From contig JAGPVU010000097.1 in the NCBI GenBank assembly GCA_018066825.1, forward strand, positions 1-40,076: 40,076 nucleotides of DNA. Reading direction: 5' to 3'. This DNA comes from Cycloclasticus sp. Lineage in GTDB: Bacteria > Pseudomonadota > Gammaproteobacteria > Methylococcales > Cycloclasticaceae. Below are positions 32,245 to 40,076 of the stretch, in pieces. The notes under the pieces are model-generated. The model saw only the letters and a program-made list of their open reading frames with translations. It did no database searches and was not told the origin of the DNA. How positions within the stretch are numbered: position 1 is the first letter of the stretch; each line of letters starts with the position of its first letter. The translations under genes were made by a program, and so were the position numbers.

Positions 32245-32490
32245 ATGACTATTTCACAATTGACTGAGTTACTAGGCTGGGCATCCGTCATTAATATTGG
32301 CTACCTTCTTCTAGCCACGCTCATACTAATATTTATGAACGGTACGGTCTCTTCTATTCATACTAAAATGTTTGGTATGGACGAAAAGACGCTCAGCATT
32401 AAGTATTTTGATTTTTTGAGTCATTATAAAATAATGACTCTGGTTTTTATGGTGGTGCCTTATATTGCCTTAAAAATCATGGGGTACTAA
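32245..32490 (+). CDS. Small membrane protein, DUF6868-like
   Basis: AAGGAG RBS; LGWxxxINIG ... IHxKMF ... YKI ... VPYIAL pattern. Confidence 0.78.
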   Translation: MTISQLTELLGWASVINIGYLLLATLILIFMNGTVSSIHTKMFGMDEKTLSIKYFDFLSHYKIMTLVFMVVPYIALKIMGY

Positions 32491-32574
32491 ACGCTTAACT
32501 AGACCCTTTCATTTGACCACCCTACACGACGCTGTTACGTTGGCGTACACTCCCAATAATACAAAAGAGACCCT

Positions 32575-33570
32575 ATGTACACGGATGACGATTTAGAAAA
32601 CGCAATAACTCAAGGCGTCTTGACAAAAGAGGCAGTGCAAAACTTTCGCTCACACATGGCCTCGCAAAGCGCTACCCAAGCGGTAGATGAGGAAAACTTC
32701 AAATTAGTCGCTAGTTTTAACGATATATTTGTTGTTATTGCCTGTGTTCTACTCTTGTTTTCAACCAGCTGGGTTACCCACAATGTACACCCTGCACTGG
32801 CTATGGCGTCTGTTGCTATTTTATCTTGGGGGCTGGCTGAATTTTTTGTGCTAAAACGCAAAATGGCCTTTCCTGCGATTGTTTTATTAATGACGTTTAT
32901 AGGCGGGGTATTTGCGTTAGTCCAAGCCGTTTTTGAAGGACCCTCTGACATATCATTGATGTTATCCGGCGCTGTTTCATCACTGGCGGCGTGGCTTCAC
33001 TGGCAGCGCTTTAAGGTGCCCATAACGGTGGCAGCCGGTGCGGCGACAGCGGTCGTTTTTGCAATAGCGCTTGTTACGTATCTCGTACCTGCACTTGACA
33101 CATCTATCGCCTACTTAATGTTTGCAGCGGGTATTGGCGTTTTTTATATCGCCATGCGGTGGGACGCATCCGATTTAAGCCGGGTGTCGGGTAAATCGGA
33201 TGTTGCCTTTTGGCTGCATTTGATTGCTGCGCCACTTATCGTGCACCCGATATTTACAAACCTTGGCATACTAGATGGGAATGATAGTTTTTTAAGCGTT
33301 CTAACCGTTGTTAGCTTATATGTCCTGCTGTCGATTATATCGATCGGCATTGATCGACGCGCTTTTATGGTGTCGTCTCTAGCTTACGTGCTTTATGCAT
33401 TGACTGAATTATTTAAAATTTATGGTTTTGCCGGCGATAGCTTTGCTTATGTCGGCGTGATTATTGGCTTTTCATTACTTTTACTGTCAGGCTTCTGGCA
33501 CAAGACACGTAGCCTCTTATATACAATAATGCCAAGTTATATCCAAAAAAACGTGCCCGCGATAAAATAA
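32575..33570 (+). CDS. Hypothetical multi-pass membrane protein
   Basis: MYTDDDL, DEENFKLVASFNDIF, SDVAFWLH, IDRRA; about 10 hydrophobic segments. Confidence 0.8.
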   Translation: MYTDDDLENAITQGVLTKEAVQNFRSHMASQSATQAVDEENFKLVASFNDIFVVIACVLLLFSTSWVTHNVHPALAMASVAILSWGLAEFFVLKRKMAFPAIVLLMTFIGGVFALVQAVFEGPSDISLMLSGAVSSLAAWLHWQRFKVPITVAAGAATAVVFAIALVTYLVPALDTSIAYLMFAAGIGVFYIAMRWDASDLSRVSGKSDVAFWLHLIAAPLIVHPIFTNLGILDGNDSFLSVLTVVSLYVLLSIISIGIDRRAFMVSSLAYVLYALTELFKIYGFAGDSFAYVGVIIGFSLLLLSGFWHKTRSLLYTIMPSYIQKNVPAIK

Positions 33571-33891
33571 AAAGCCTTGCCCGGCTTAATAAATCCGCTA
33601 GCTACAGACTAATAAGCCGTCTGCACTCCTTTTTTATACCATCCATTTAGGCGCATCCGCTCAAGAAAAGCCTGCCGACCCAGGCAAATGTAACAATGGG
33701 TTAAAAAACGGTTATCATAGCCTTTATGCACCCTTTGCTATAAGCTGTACAATGCTATCTGTTGTAGTTGCTGTAATAGCTACACGTAAACTACGTTTAG
33801 TAAGGGCACGCAATAGATTCAACTATCTGTTTTTGTAATGGTGATAGCAAATACAGACTTACATTTTTCACTATAAAGCAGAGGAAAGAAG

Positions 33892-34098
33892 ATGAGTAAA
33901 GGTACAGTAAAGTGGTTTAATGCAGACAAAGGTTTCGGTTTTATTACCCCAGAAGACGGCGGAAAAGACCTTTTCGTTCATCATTCAGAAATTCAAGCGG
34001 GCGGTCAATACGCAACATTGAATGATGGTCAAGAAGTTGAGTTTGAAGTGGGCCAAGGTCAAAAAGGTCCATGTGCAACCAAAGTTCAGGCTTTGTAA
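33892..34098 (+). CDS. Cold-shock protein (CspA family)
   Basis: [14 protein letters not shown] (RNP1), LFVH (RNP2), GQKGP; long upstream non-coding region. Confidence 0.97.
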   Translation: MSKGTVKWFNADKGFGFITPEDGGKDLFVHHSEIQAGGQYATLNDGQEVEFEVGQGQKGPCATKVQAL

Positions 34099-34110
34099 GC
34101 AACAAACCAC

Positions 34111-34200
34111 ATAAAACAAAAAGTTCATGCTGAAAACCGCCCGTTGCGGTCTTCAAAAATAGGTCTACACTCACGTTTTCAGCATGGCTTGGCGTTAAGT
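34111..34200 (+). repeat. attC-like site (eroded)
   Basis: ATAAAAC-AAAAA-GTTCATGC ... GCATGGC-TTGGC-GTTAAGT; perfect 12-bp inverted repeat CATGCTGAAAAC (34126-34137) / GTTTTCAGCATG (34175-34186); 90 bp. Confidence 0.55.
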
Positions 34201-34246
34201 TTTAGCATTAAAAGCATTTCATCTGGTTCGACTAGAGGCATTCAAC

Positions 34247-34462
34247 ATGGCAATGGGTTCAGGCACTGAAATGAAAATTATTAGTCTTGTCTTGATCGTT
34301 TTAGGCCTTGGCCTTGCGGCATGGGGCCATCAACTATCCGATTCTGTCGGTTCTCAATTAACTCAAGCGGTTACAGGTTCGGATACCGACAAAGTCATGA
34401 CGCTTTACATTGCTGGGGTTGCCAGTTTTGTTGTTGGCATCTACCTTTTCACCAGAAATTGA
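34247..34462 (+). CDS. DUF3185 family small membrane protein
   Basis: Two TMs flanking SVGSQLTQAVTGSDTDK. Confidence 0.8.
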   Translation: MAMGSGTEMKIISLVLIVLGLGLAAWGHQLSDSVGSQLTQAVTGSDTDKVMTLYIAGVASFVVGIYLFTRN

Positions 34463-34475
34463 CGCCGGAGGCGAC

Positions 34476-34727
34476 ATGGACATTATTAGCTTAATCATAT
34501 TTCTAGCCATTGGAGCGCTCGCGGGTTGGCTTGCTGGCAATATAATGAAGGGCCGGGGATTTGGTGTCTTAGGTAATATTATTGTCGGTATTATTGGCGC
34601 CATATTGGGCGGCTTTGTCTTCAGTTTATTAGGTATATCAGCCGGAGGGATCATTGGCTCGATCATCATGGCCACTATTGGTGCTGTCATTTTGCTATAT
34701 ACCATCAGTATCGTCAAAAGGGCTTAG
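34476..34727 (+). CDS. GlsB/YeaQ/YmgE family stress-response membrane protein
   Basis: IGALAGWLAG, GNIIVGIIGA, ATIGAVILL; start at ATG 34476 after GGAGG. Confidence 0.9.
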   Translation: MDIISLIIFLAIGALAGWLAGNIMKGRGFGVLGNIIVGIIGAILGGFVFSLLGISAGGIIGSIIMATIGAVILLYTISIVKRA

Positions 34728-34893
34728 TTCTAAAGCAAATTAGCAAGCTGTTAACTACGTTGATAGGCAAAACGATTTACACTGAACACTTCATCGCTTA
34801 TCTGACCCTGAGGCTTGATACAACCACCACTGATACTTCGTTCCGCAGCCTGACGCGCCGGATCATTCCTAATAGCTTGCTCAGCACACTAAG

Positions 34894-36264
34894 ATGAGCA
34901 ACGACTCTAAAAATGCATTACAGCGTGGTCTGGAAAATATTCAAGACCCATTTTCTAACTTCATTCGCGCCCAGACAACTTCCAGCCTCTTTCTTCTGAT
35001 CGCTACACTGGCCGCCCTTTGGTGGGCAAACTCAGCCTATTCTTCTAGCTACCAGAACCTGATACACACACCAATTGGTTTTTTTGTCGCCAAATTTCAG
35101 CTACAGGCGTCTCTCAAACACATTATTAATGATGGTTTGATGGTGGTATTTTTCTTTCTTCTTGGACTTGAAATCAAACGTGAGGTGCTCGCCGGAGACC
35201 TTGCTCAACCAGAAAATAGACGCATGTTGATTTTCTGTGCCGTCGGTGGAATGGTCTGCCCAGCTGTGATTTATTCCTTATTCAACTGGTCATTCGACTC
35301 GCAGATTGGATGGGGTATACCCATGGCAACCGATACCGCGTTTGCGCTGGGTGTCCTCACTCTTGTGAGAAAACAGATGCCTACTAGCCTCATAGCTTTC
35401 ATTGTTGGCCTTGCTATTGTGGACGATGTCGGCGCGATTTTGGTCATTGCATTATTTTACACTCAAGAAATATCTGTCATACACCTGTCTGGCGCCTTTG
35501 CGCTTATTGCATTTTTAGCAGCAGCCAATTACGCCGGCGTACGACAGCCATTTTTCTATATTATCGCCGCTGTTGCTGTCTGGTGGATGATGCTCAAGTC
35601 CGGCGTCCATCCTACGGTGGCAGGCGTCGCTATTGCCTTAACAGTACCTGCCCGACCCCAATTATCATCAGCTAAACTGCTTAATAAGGCGAAATCAACT
35701 ATCAGTTCACTACAGACAAAAACAACCCAGATGGATGTACTCGCTAGCAAGCGGGACCACGAACAAGTACTAGAGGTTCGCGATTTTGCGGAACGCGCCA
35801 GCACTCCCCTACGCCGTTGGGAATACGCATTGGACTTACCGGTAGCCTTATTTATCTTACCCTTGTTTGCGTTGACTAATGCCGGCGTTACATTTAGTTT
35901 AAGCTCATTTATCGACAGCCTTCAACATCCCGTTGGATTAGGCGTTATTAGTGGCCTTGTCATTGGTAAGTTTATTGGTATTTCCGGTGCTTGCTGGCTT
36001 GCGCTACGTTACAACATTGGCTGCTTACCAGAGGGTGTTAATTTTCAACATATCATCGGCGTATCATTCATCGCGGGGATCGGGTTCACCATGTCTACTT
36101 TTATCGCCGCGCTAGGTTTTGACGCGCAACCCGAACATCTGCATAACGCAAAAACATCGATCTTGGTCGCCTCAGTTCTTTCCGCCATGCTGGGCGTTTT
36201 ATATATTCGATTCGTCGCTACAAAAAAAGCACTCAATACGTCAGCAAAAAACAGTGTGCATTAA
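34894..36264 (+). CDS. nhaA: Na+/H+ antiporter NhaA (long type)
   Basis: INDGLM, GLEIKRE, PMATDTAF, AIVDD, SGVHPT, GKFIG, AGIGFTMS. Confidence 0.95.
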   Translation: MSNDSKNALQRGLENIQDPFSNFIRAQTTSSLFLLIATLAALWWANSAYSSSYQNLIHTPIGFFVAKFQLQASLKHIINDGLMVVFFFLLGLEIKREVLAGDLAQPENRRMLIFCAVGGMVCPAVIYSLFNWSFDSQIGWGIPMATDTAFALGVLTLVRKQMPTSLIAFIVGLAIVDDVGAILVIALFYTQEISVIHLSGAFALIAFLAAANYAGVRQPFFYIIAAVAVWWMMLKSGVHPTVAGVAIALTVPARPQLSSAKLLNKAKSTISSLQTKTTQMDVLASKRDHEQVLEVRDFAERASTPLRRWEYALDLPVALFILPLFALTNAGVTFSLSSFIDSLQHPVGLGVISGLVIGKFIGISGACWLALRYNIGCLPEGVNFQHIIGVSFIAGIGFTMSTFIAALGFDAQPEHLHNAKTSILVASVLSAMLGVLYIRFVATKKALNTSAKNSVH

Positions 36265-36426
36265 AGGCGCCACTTAGCAATAAGCCCCATTTAAAAAAGG
36301 GGCCTTCCTTAGATACAATATTGCAACGCTACGTTATATCCTCAATAATGGCCTAATAAGCGCACCGTCATGCGCATAGAAAGCCACACCTAGCTGTAGC
36401 CATAATAATTAAAAGAGGAAGCACTG

Positions 36427-36678
36427 ATGTCCGACAATACCGACCACTACTGGGCTGAAAATATTCGGCTTATTTTAAAACTGTTATTTGTTTGGTTTTT
36501 GGTTTCTTTTATCTTTGGCATTGTACTGGTAGAACAACTCAATTTAATTGAGTTTGCTGGCTTTAAATTAGGCTTTTGGTTTGCCCAGCAGGGCTCCATT
36601 ATTTCGTTTGTTATTTTGATTTTTTATTACATCAAAAAAATGGACAAACTCGACGCTAAATACAACGTGCACGACTAA
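36427..36678 (+). CDS. DUF4212 small subunit of solute:sodium symporter
   Basis: YWAEN, GFKLGFWFAQQGS; upstream of SSS gene. Confidence 0.9.
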   Translation: MSDNTDHYWAENIRLILKLLFVWFLVSFIFGIVLVEQLNLIEFAGFKLGFWFAQQGSIISFVILIFYYIKKMDKLDAKYNVHD

Positions 36679-36683
36679 GCATT

Positions 36684-38507
36684 ATGGACTTACAGATACT
36701 GACATACTTAGTGGTGGGCGCAACGTTTGCGCTTTACATTGGCATTGCTGTTTGGGCCAAAGCAAAAACCACCGGCGATTTTTACATCGCGGGAAAGGGC
36801 GTTCACCCCGTGGTCAATGGCATGGCCACCGCAGCGGACTGGATGTCTGCCGCGTCGTTTATTTCCCTCGCTGGGCTTATCTCCTACCTGGGTTATGAGG
36901 CGGGTATGTACCTGATGGGCTGGACCGGCGGTTATGTCTTACTGGCAATGTTACTCGCGCCCTATTTGCGTAAATTTGGCAAGTTTACCGTACCCGAATT
37001 TATAAGCGAACGTTATTATTCACGTGCTGCACGGGTTATTGCAGTGGTCTGTTTAATCTTTATTTCCTTTACTTACGTGGCCGGACAAATGCGCGGCGTG
37101 GGGATCGTGTTTTCACGCTTTTTAGAACTACCCATTGATAAAGGCCTCTATTTAGGCATGGGGATCGTTTTTATCTATTCAGTTATTGGTGGCATGAAGG
37201 GCATTACCTACACCCAAGTGGCGCAATATGTAGTGCTGATGTTTGCCTACTCGGTGCCTGCTATTTTTATGGCTATACAGTTTACTGGCAACCCGGTTCC
37301 GCAACTGGCTTTTGGCAGCCAAATGTCGGATGGCTCTGGTTTTTTACTCGACGCCTTGGATAAAACACTGATTGATTTAGGCTTTAGCTCGTACACCGAA
37401 CCCTTTAATGATAAATCGATGATCGACGTATTGGCAATTACCCTTGCACTGATGGTGGGCACCGCCGGTTTACCCCATGTCATCGTGCGCTTCTTTACCG
37501 TACCCAAGGTCTCAGATGCGCGAAAATCGGCTGGCTGGGCATTAATTTTTATCGCCTTGCTTTACACCACCGCCCCCGTCGTTGGCTCACTCAGTCGCCT
37601 AAATGTTATAAACAGCATTAATGGCCCGGAAAACACCGGCACCACCTACACTCAGATGCCCAGCTGGTTTAAGACCTGGGAAAACTCTGGCCTGCTGGCG
37701 TGGTTTGATCATAACAACGACGGCAAACTGCAGTACGCAGCAGGCGACGCCTTTGTCGGTAAACCCAATTTTGATGACCTGGCACGTGGCGCACACGGCG
37801 AACGCGTTATTAACAATCCCTCTACTGGTGAGATTGTTAACGGCGCACCGTTTGCTAACGAGATTTACATTGATCGTGACATTATGGTGCTCGCCAACCC
37901 TGAAATGGCTCAATTACCCAACTGGGTGATTGCGCTGATTGCTGCGGGTGGTGTTGCCGCTGCCTTGTCTACCGCTGCTGGGCTGCTATTGGTTATTTCG
38001 GCCAGTATTTCGCACGATTTACTAAAAAGTACCTTTATGCATAACATTAGCGAAAAAAATGAACTTCGCGCTAGCCGAGTTACCGCGGCCTTTGCGATTT
38101 TAATTGCCGGTTATTTGGGGCTACACCCGCCCGCCTTTGTGGCGCAAGTGGTCGCCTTTGCCTTTGGTTTAGCGGCCTCGTCTTTGTTCCCGGTGCTGGT
38201 AATGGGTATCTTTAGCAAACGGATCAATAAATACGGCGCCATTTGCGGCATGCTCACAGGCCTTGTTTTCACCATGGGCTACATCATTTACTTTAAAGGC
38301 ATCTTTATTGAACCCATGGCGGCCAATACATCCGACAACTGGTTGTTTGGCATTTCGCCAGAAGGTATTGGCTCAATCGGTATGTGCTTAAACTTTTTGG
38401 TGGCTTTTAGCGTGTCATACCTTACCCCGCCACCCCCGCAAAGCGTACAAGATATGGTGGAGCGCATTCGCTTACCGAACGCAGCTGCCGCAGCGCACGA
38501 TCATTAA
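36684..38507 (+). CDS. Sodium:solute symporter, ActP-like
   Basis: NGMATAADWMSAASF, GTAGLPH, AALSTAAGLL. Confidence 0.92.
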   Translation: MDLQILTYLVVGATFALYIGIAVWAKAKTTGDFYIAGKGVHPVVNGMATAADWMSAASFISLAGLISYLGYEAGMYLMGWTGGYVLLAMLLAPYLRKFGKFTVPEFISERYYSRAARVIAVVCLIFISFTYVAGQMRGVGIVFSRFLELPIDKGLYLGMGIVFIYSVIGGMKGITYTQVAQYVVLMFAYSVPAIFMAIQFTGNPVPQLAFGSQMSDGSGFLLDALDKTLIDLGFSSYTEPFNDKSMIDVLAITLALMVGTAGLPHVIVRFFTVPKVSDARKSAGWALIFIALLYTTAPVVGSLSRLNVINSINGPENTGTTYTQMPSWFKTWENSGLLAWFDHNNDGKLQYAAGDAFVGKPNFDDLARGAHGERVINNPSTGEIVNGAPFANEIYIDRDIMVLANPEMAQLPNWVIALIAAGGVAAALSTAAGLLLVISASISHDLLKSTFMHNISEKNELRASRVTAAFAILIAGYLGLHPPAFVAQVVAFAFGLAASSLFPVLVMGIFSKRINKYGAICGMLTGLVFTMGYIIYFKGIFIEPMAANTSDNWLFGISPEGIGSIGMCLNFLVAFSVSYLTPPPPQSVQDMVERIRLPNAAAAAHDH

Positions 38508-38531
38508 TCGCCGTGCGTCTTTAAGCTGGCC

Positions 38532-38999
38532 GTGACCGATTCCCTGCAAACCATTTGGGTCGATGCCGACGCCTGCCCAGTGGTGATTAAAGATATGTTG
38601 TTTCGCGCCGCAGAACGCACTAAAACGCAAACCACCTTGGTGGCTAATCAAGTGGTGCGTGTGCCACCGTCGGCGTATATTTCCTTTTTACGCGTTTCAG
38701 CAGGTTTTGACGAAGCCGACAATGAAATCGTCAAACGCATGCAAGCCGGTGACCTCGTCATAACGGGCGACATTCCGCTAGCCTCCGATGTTGTCGATAA
38801 AGGCGGCATTGCGCTGAACCCACGCGGCGAACTCTATACACGGGAAAACATTAAAGATCGCTTAAACATGCGTGACTTTATGGAAACCATGCGCTCCAGC
38901 GGACTTGACGTTGGTGGCGGCCCTCCACCACTGAACAATACCGACAAACAAAACTTTGCTAATCAATTAGATAAGCTGCTAACGAAGGCCGGGCGTTAA
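38532..38999 (+). CDS. YaiI/YqxD (DUF188) family protein
   Basis: [30 protein letters not shown]. Confidence 0.92.
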   Translation: MTDSLQTIWVDADACPVVIKDMLFRAAERTKTQTTLVANQVVRVPPSAYISFLRVSAGFDEADNEIVKRMQAGDLVITGDIPLASDVVDKGGIALNPRGELYTRENIKDRLNMRDFMETMRSSGLDVGGGPPPLNNTDKQNFANQLDKLLTKAGR

Positions 39000-39033
39000 C
39001 TGTATAATCGCGGCTATTAAAACTTAGGAAGCC

Positions 39034-39603
39034 ATGATGCCTAAAGCCAGTGATTTAAAATCCGGAATGATTGTTGAAGTGAACGACGAACCGTATTCGG
39101 TTAAAAAAATAGACGTCCGAAATCCGTCGTCACGCGGTGCGTCCACTCTCTACAAGGTGCGCTTTAACCATTTAAAAACGAAGCAAAAGCGCGACGAGAC
39201 ATTCAAAGGGGATGACTTTTTAAAAGACCTCGATTGCGAACGCGTCGCCTTGCAATATTCGTATCAGGATGGCGATAGCTATACCTTTATGAATTTAGAA
39301 AACTACGACCAATACACCGTCGATAGTGAGGTTATTGAAGATCAAATTAAATTTCTAAGCGAAGGCTTAGAAGGCATTGTTGGCATTTTGCTCGACGACA
39401 TACTGGTTGCGATTGAACTACCCACCTCCATCAGCCTACAGATTGTTGATACCGCACCGGGCATGAAAAGCGCCTCGGCGACCTCGCGCACCAAACCCGC
39501 CACCTTGACCACCGGTTTAGAAATACAAGTGCCCGAATATATCGACAACGGCGAGGTGGTTAAAGTAAACACCAGCACCGGTAAATTTCTTTCACGCGCA
39601 TAA
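39034..39603 (+). CDS. efpL: Elongation factor P-like protein EfpL (YeiP)
   Basis: EF-P fold with PSSRGAST loop (Arg at tip, not PGKG), SATSRTKPA, VPEYI. Confidence 0.9.
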   Translation: MMPKASDLKSGMIVEVNDEPYSVKKIDVRNPSSRGASTLYKVRFNHLKTKQKRDETFKGDDFLKDLDCERVALQYSYQDGDSYTFMNLENYDQYTVDSEVIEDQIKFLSEGLEGIVGILLDDILVAIELPTSISLQIVDTAPGMKSASATSRTKPATLTTGLEIQVPEYIDNGEVVKVNTSTGKFLSRA

Positions 39604-39617
39604 ATCAGGAGGCCCTT

Positions 39618-39956
39618 ATGTCTGATGCTTTAGACCCACTTCGCCAAGCGCTGGTCTCACTAAATTTTAGTGAAACCATGGCTGTTATTGATGCCCTTTA
39701 TGACTTTAGCCCAACCGGTTTTAGCAACGGCGCAACGCGTAATGAAGCCGGTGAAAATAACGGTTCCTGTAAGCTTTTTGCCTTTGCTCAGTTAAACAAC
39801 TTTAGCGAGCCCGAAACGCTAGCGCTGTTTGGTGAATTCTTTCGTGACGTATTGGCAACGCCCGATGGGAATGATCACCAAAACATTCGACAGTTCATCA
39901 AAACCGGCTGGTCTGGCATTCGTTTTGATGCCGCTCCACTCACTGAAAAAAAATAA
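39618..39956 (+). CDS. HopJ type III effector-like family protein
   Basis: NEAGENNGSCKLF, FGEFFR, DHQNIRQF..GW. Confidence 0.88.
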   Translation: MSDALDPLRQALVSLNFSETMAVIDALYDFSPTGFSNGATRNEAGENNGSCKLFAFAQLNNFSEPETLALFGEFFRDVLATPDGNDHQNIRQFIKTGWSGIRFDAAPLTEKK

Positions 39957-39965
39957 TCACACCCT

Positions 39966-40076
39966 ATGCCAAACACAAGTTTTTCAACCCTAGCTATTTC
40001 GCCCGCACAAGTTAAAAACTTGGCCTCACTCGGCTATAAAGACATGACACCCGTGCAGGCACAAAGCTTACCGCAC
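39966..40076 (+). CDS. dbpA: DEAD-box RNA helicase DbpA, N-terminus (runs off window)
   Basis: Manual translation MPNTSFSTLAISPAQVKNLASLGYKDMTPVQAQSLPH; Q motif. Confidence 0.8.
   Translation, partial: MPNTSFSTLAISPAQVKNLASLGYKDMTPVQAQSLPH

Noticed and set aside
32493-32540. Complete attC after the DUF6868-like gene
   Set aside because: GCTTAAC...GTTACGT spans only 48 bp and lacks complementary arms; at best a collapsed remnant.
39618-39956. Virulence effector interpretation of the HopJ-like gene
   Set aside because: The family name alone is not evidence; no secretion-system context in the window.

Overview
Gene-dense chromosomal segment of a gammaproteobacterium, probably marine (inferred from gene order and content; not identifiable further from sequence alone). 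Positions 1-29,050 and 36,400-40,076 are mostly housekeeping: hldD/hldE, arsC-wrbA-DUF2069-hda, mscS, sodB, AI-2E/CDP-alcohol transferase/DUF2066, purM-purN, dcd, apbC, metG, a complete rnfABCDGE operon ending in an orphan TonB gene, slyD, GST, SPFH/NfeD, an ActP-like symporter pair, efpL and a partial dbpA. About 29,100-36,300 is an accessory-looking block of co-oriented genes (RimK with an extra C-terminal RCK_C-like domain, small hypotheticals, cold-shock protein, DUF3185, GlsB/YeaQ, NhaA) with long AT-rich spacers. The most interesting unexplained signal is in those spacers: several carry eroded integron attC-like sites (clearest at 34111-34200 and 31182-31319), orphan RBS+ATG stubs and a REP-like palindrome, with no integrase in the window. 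This suggests a decaying or domesticated gene-cassette array. Two strong palindromes (14411-14430, 17335-17364) are candidate operators. I found no rRNA, tRNA, CRISPR array or intact mobile element, and no new system can be proven from sequence alone.
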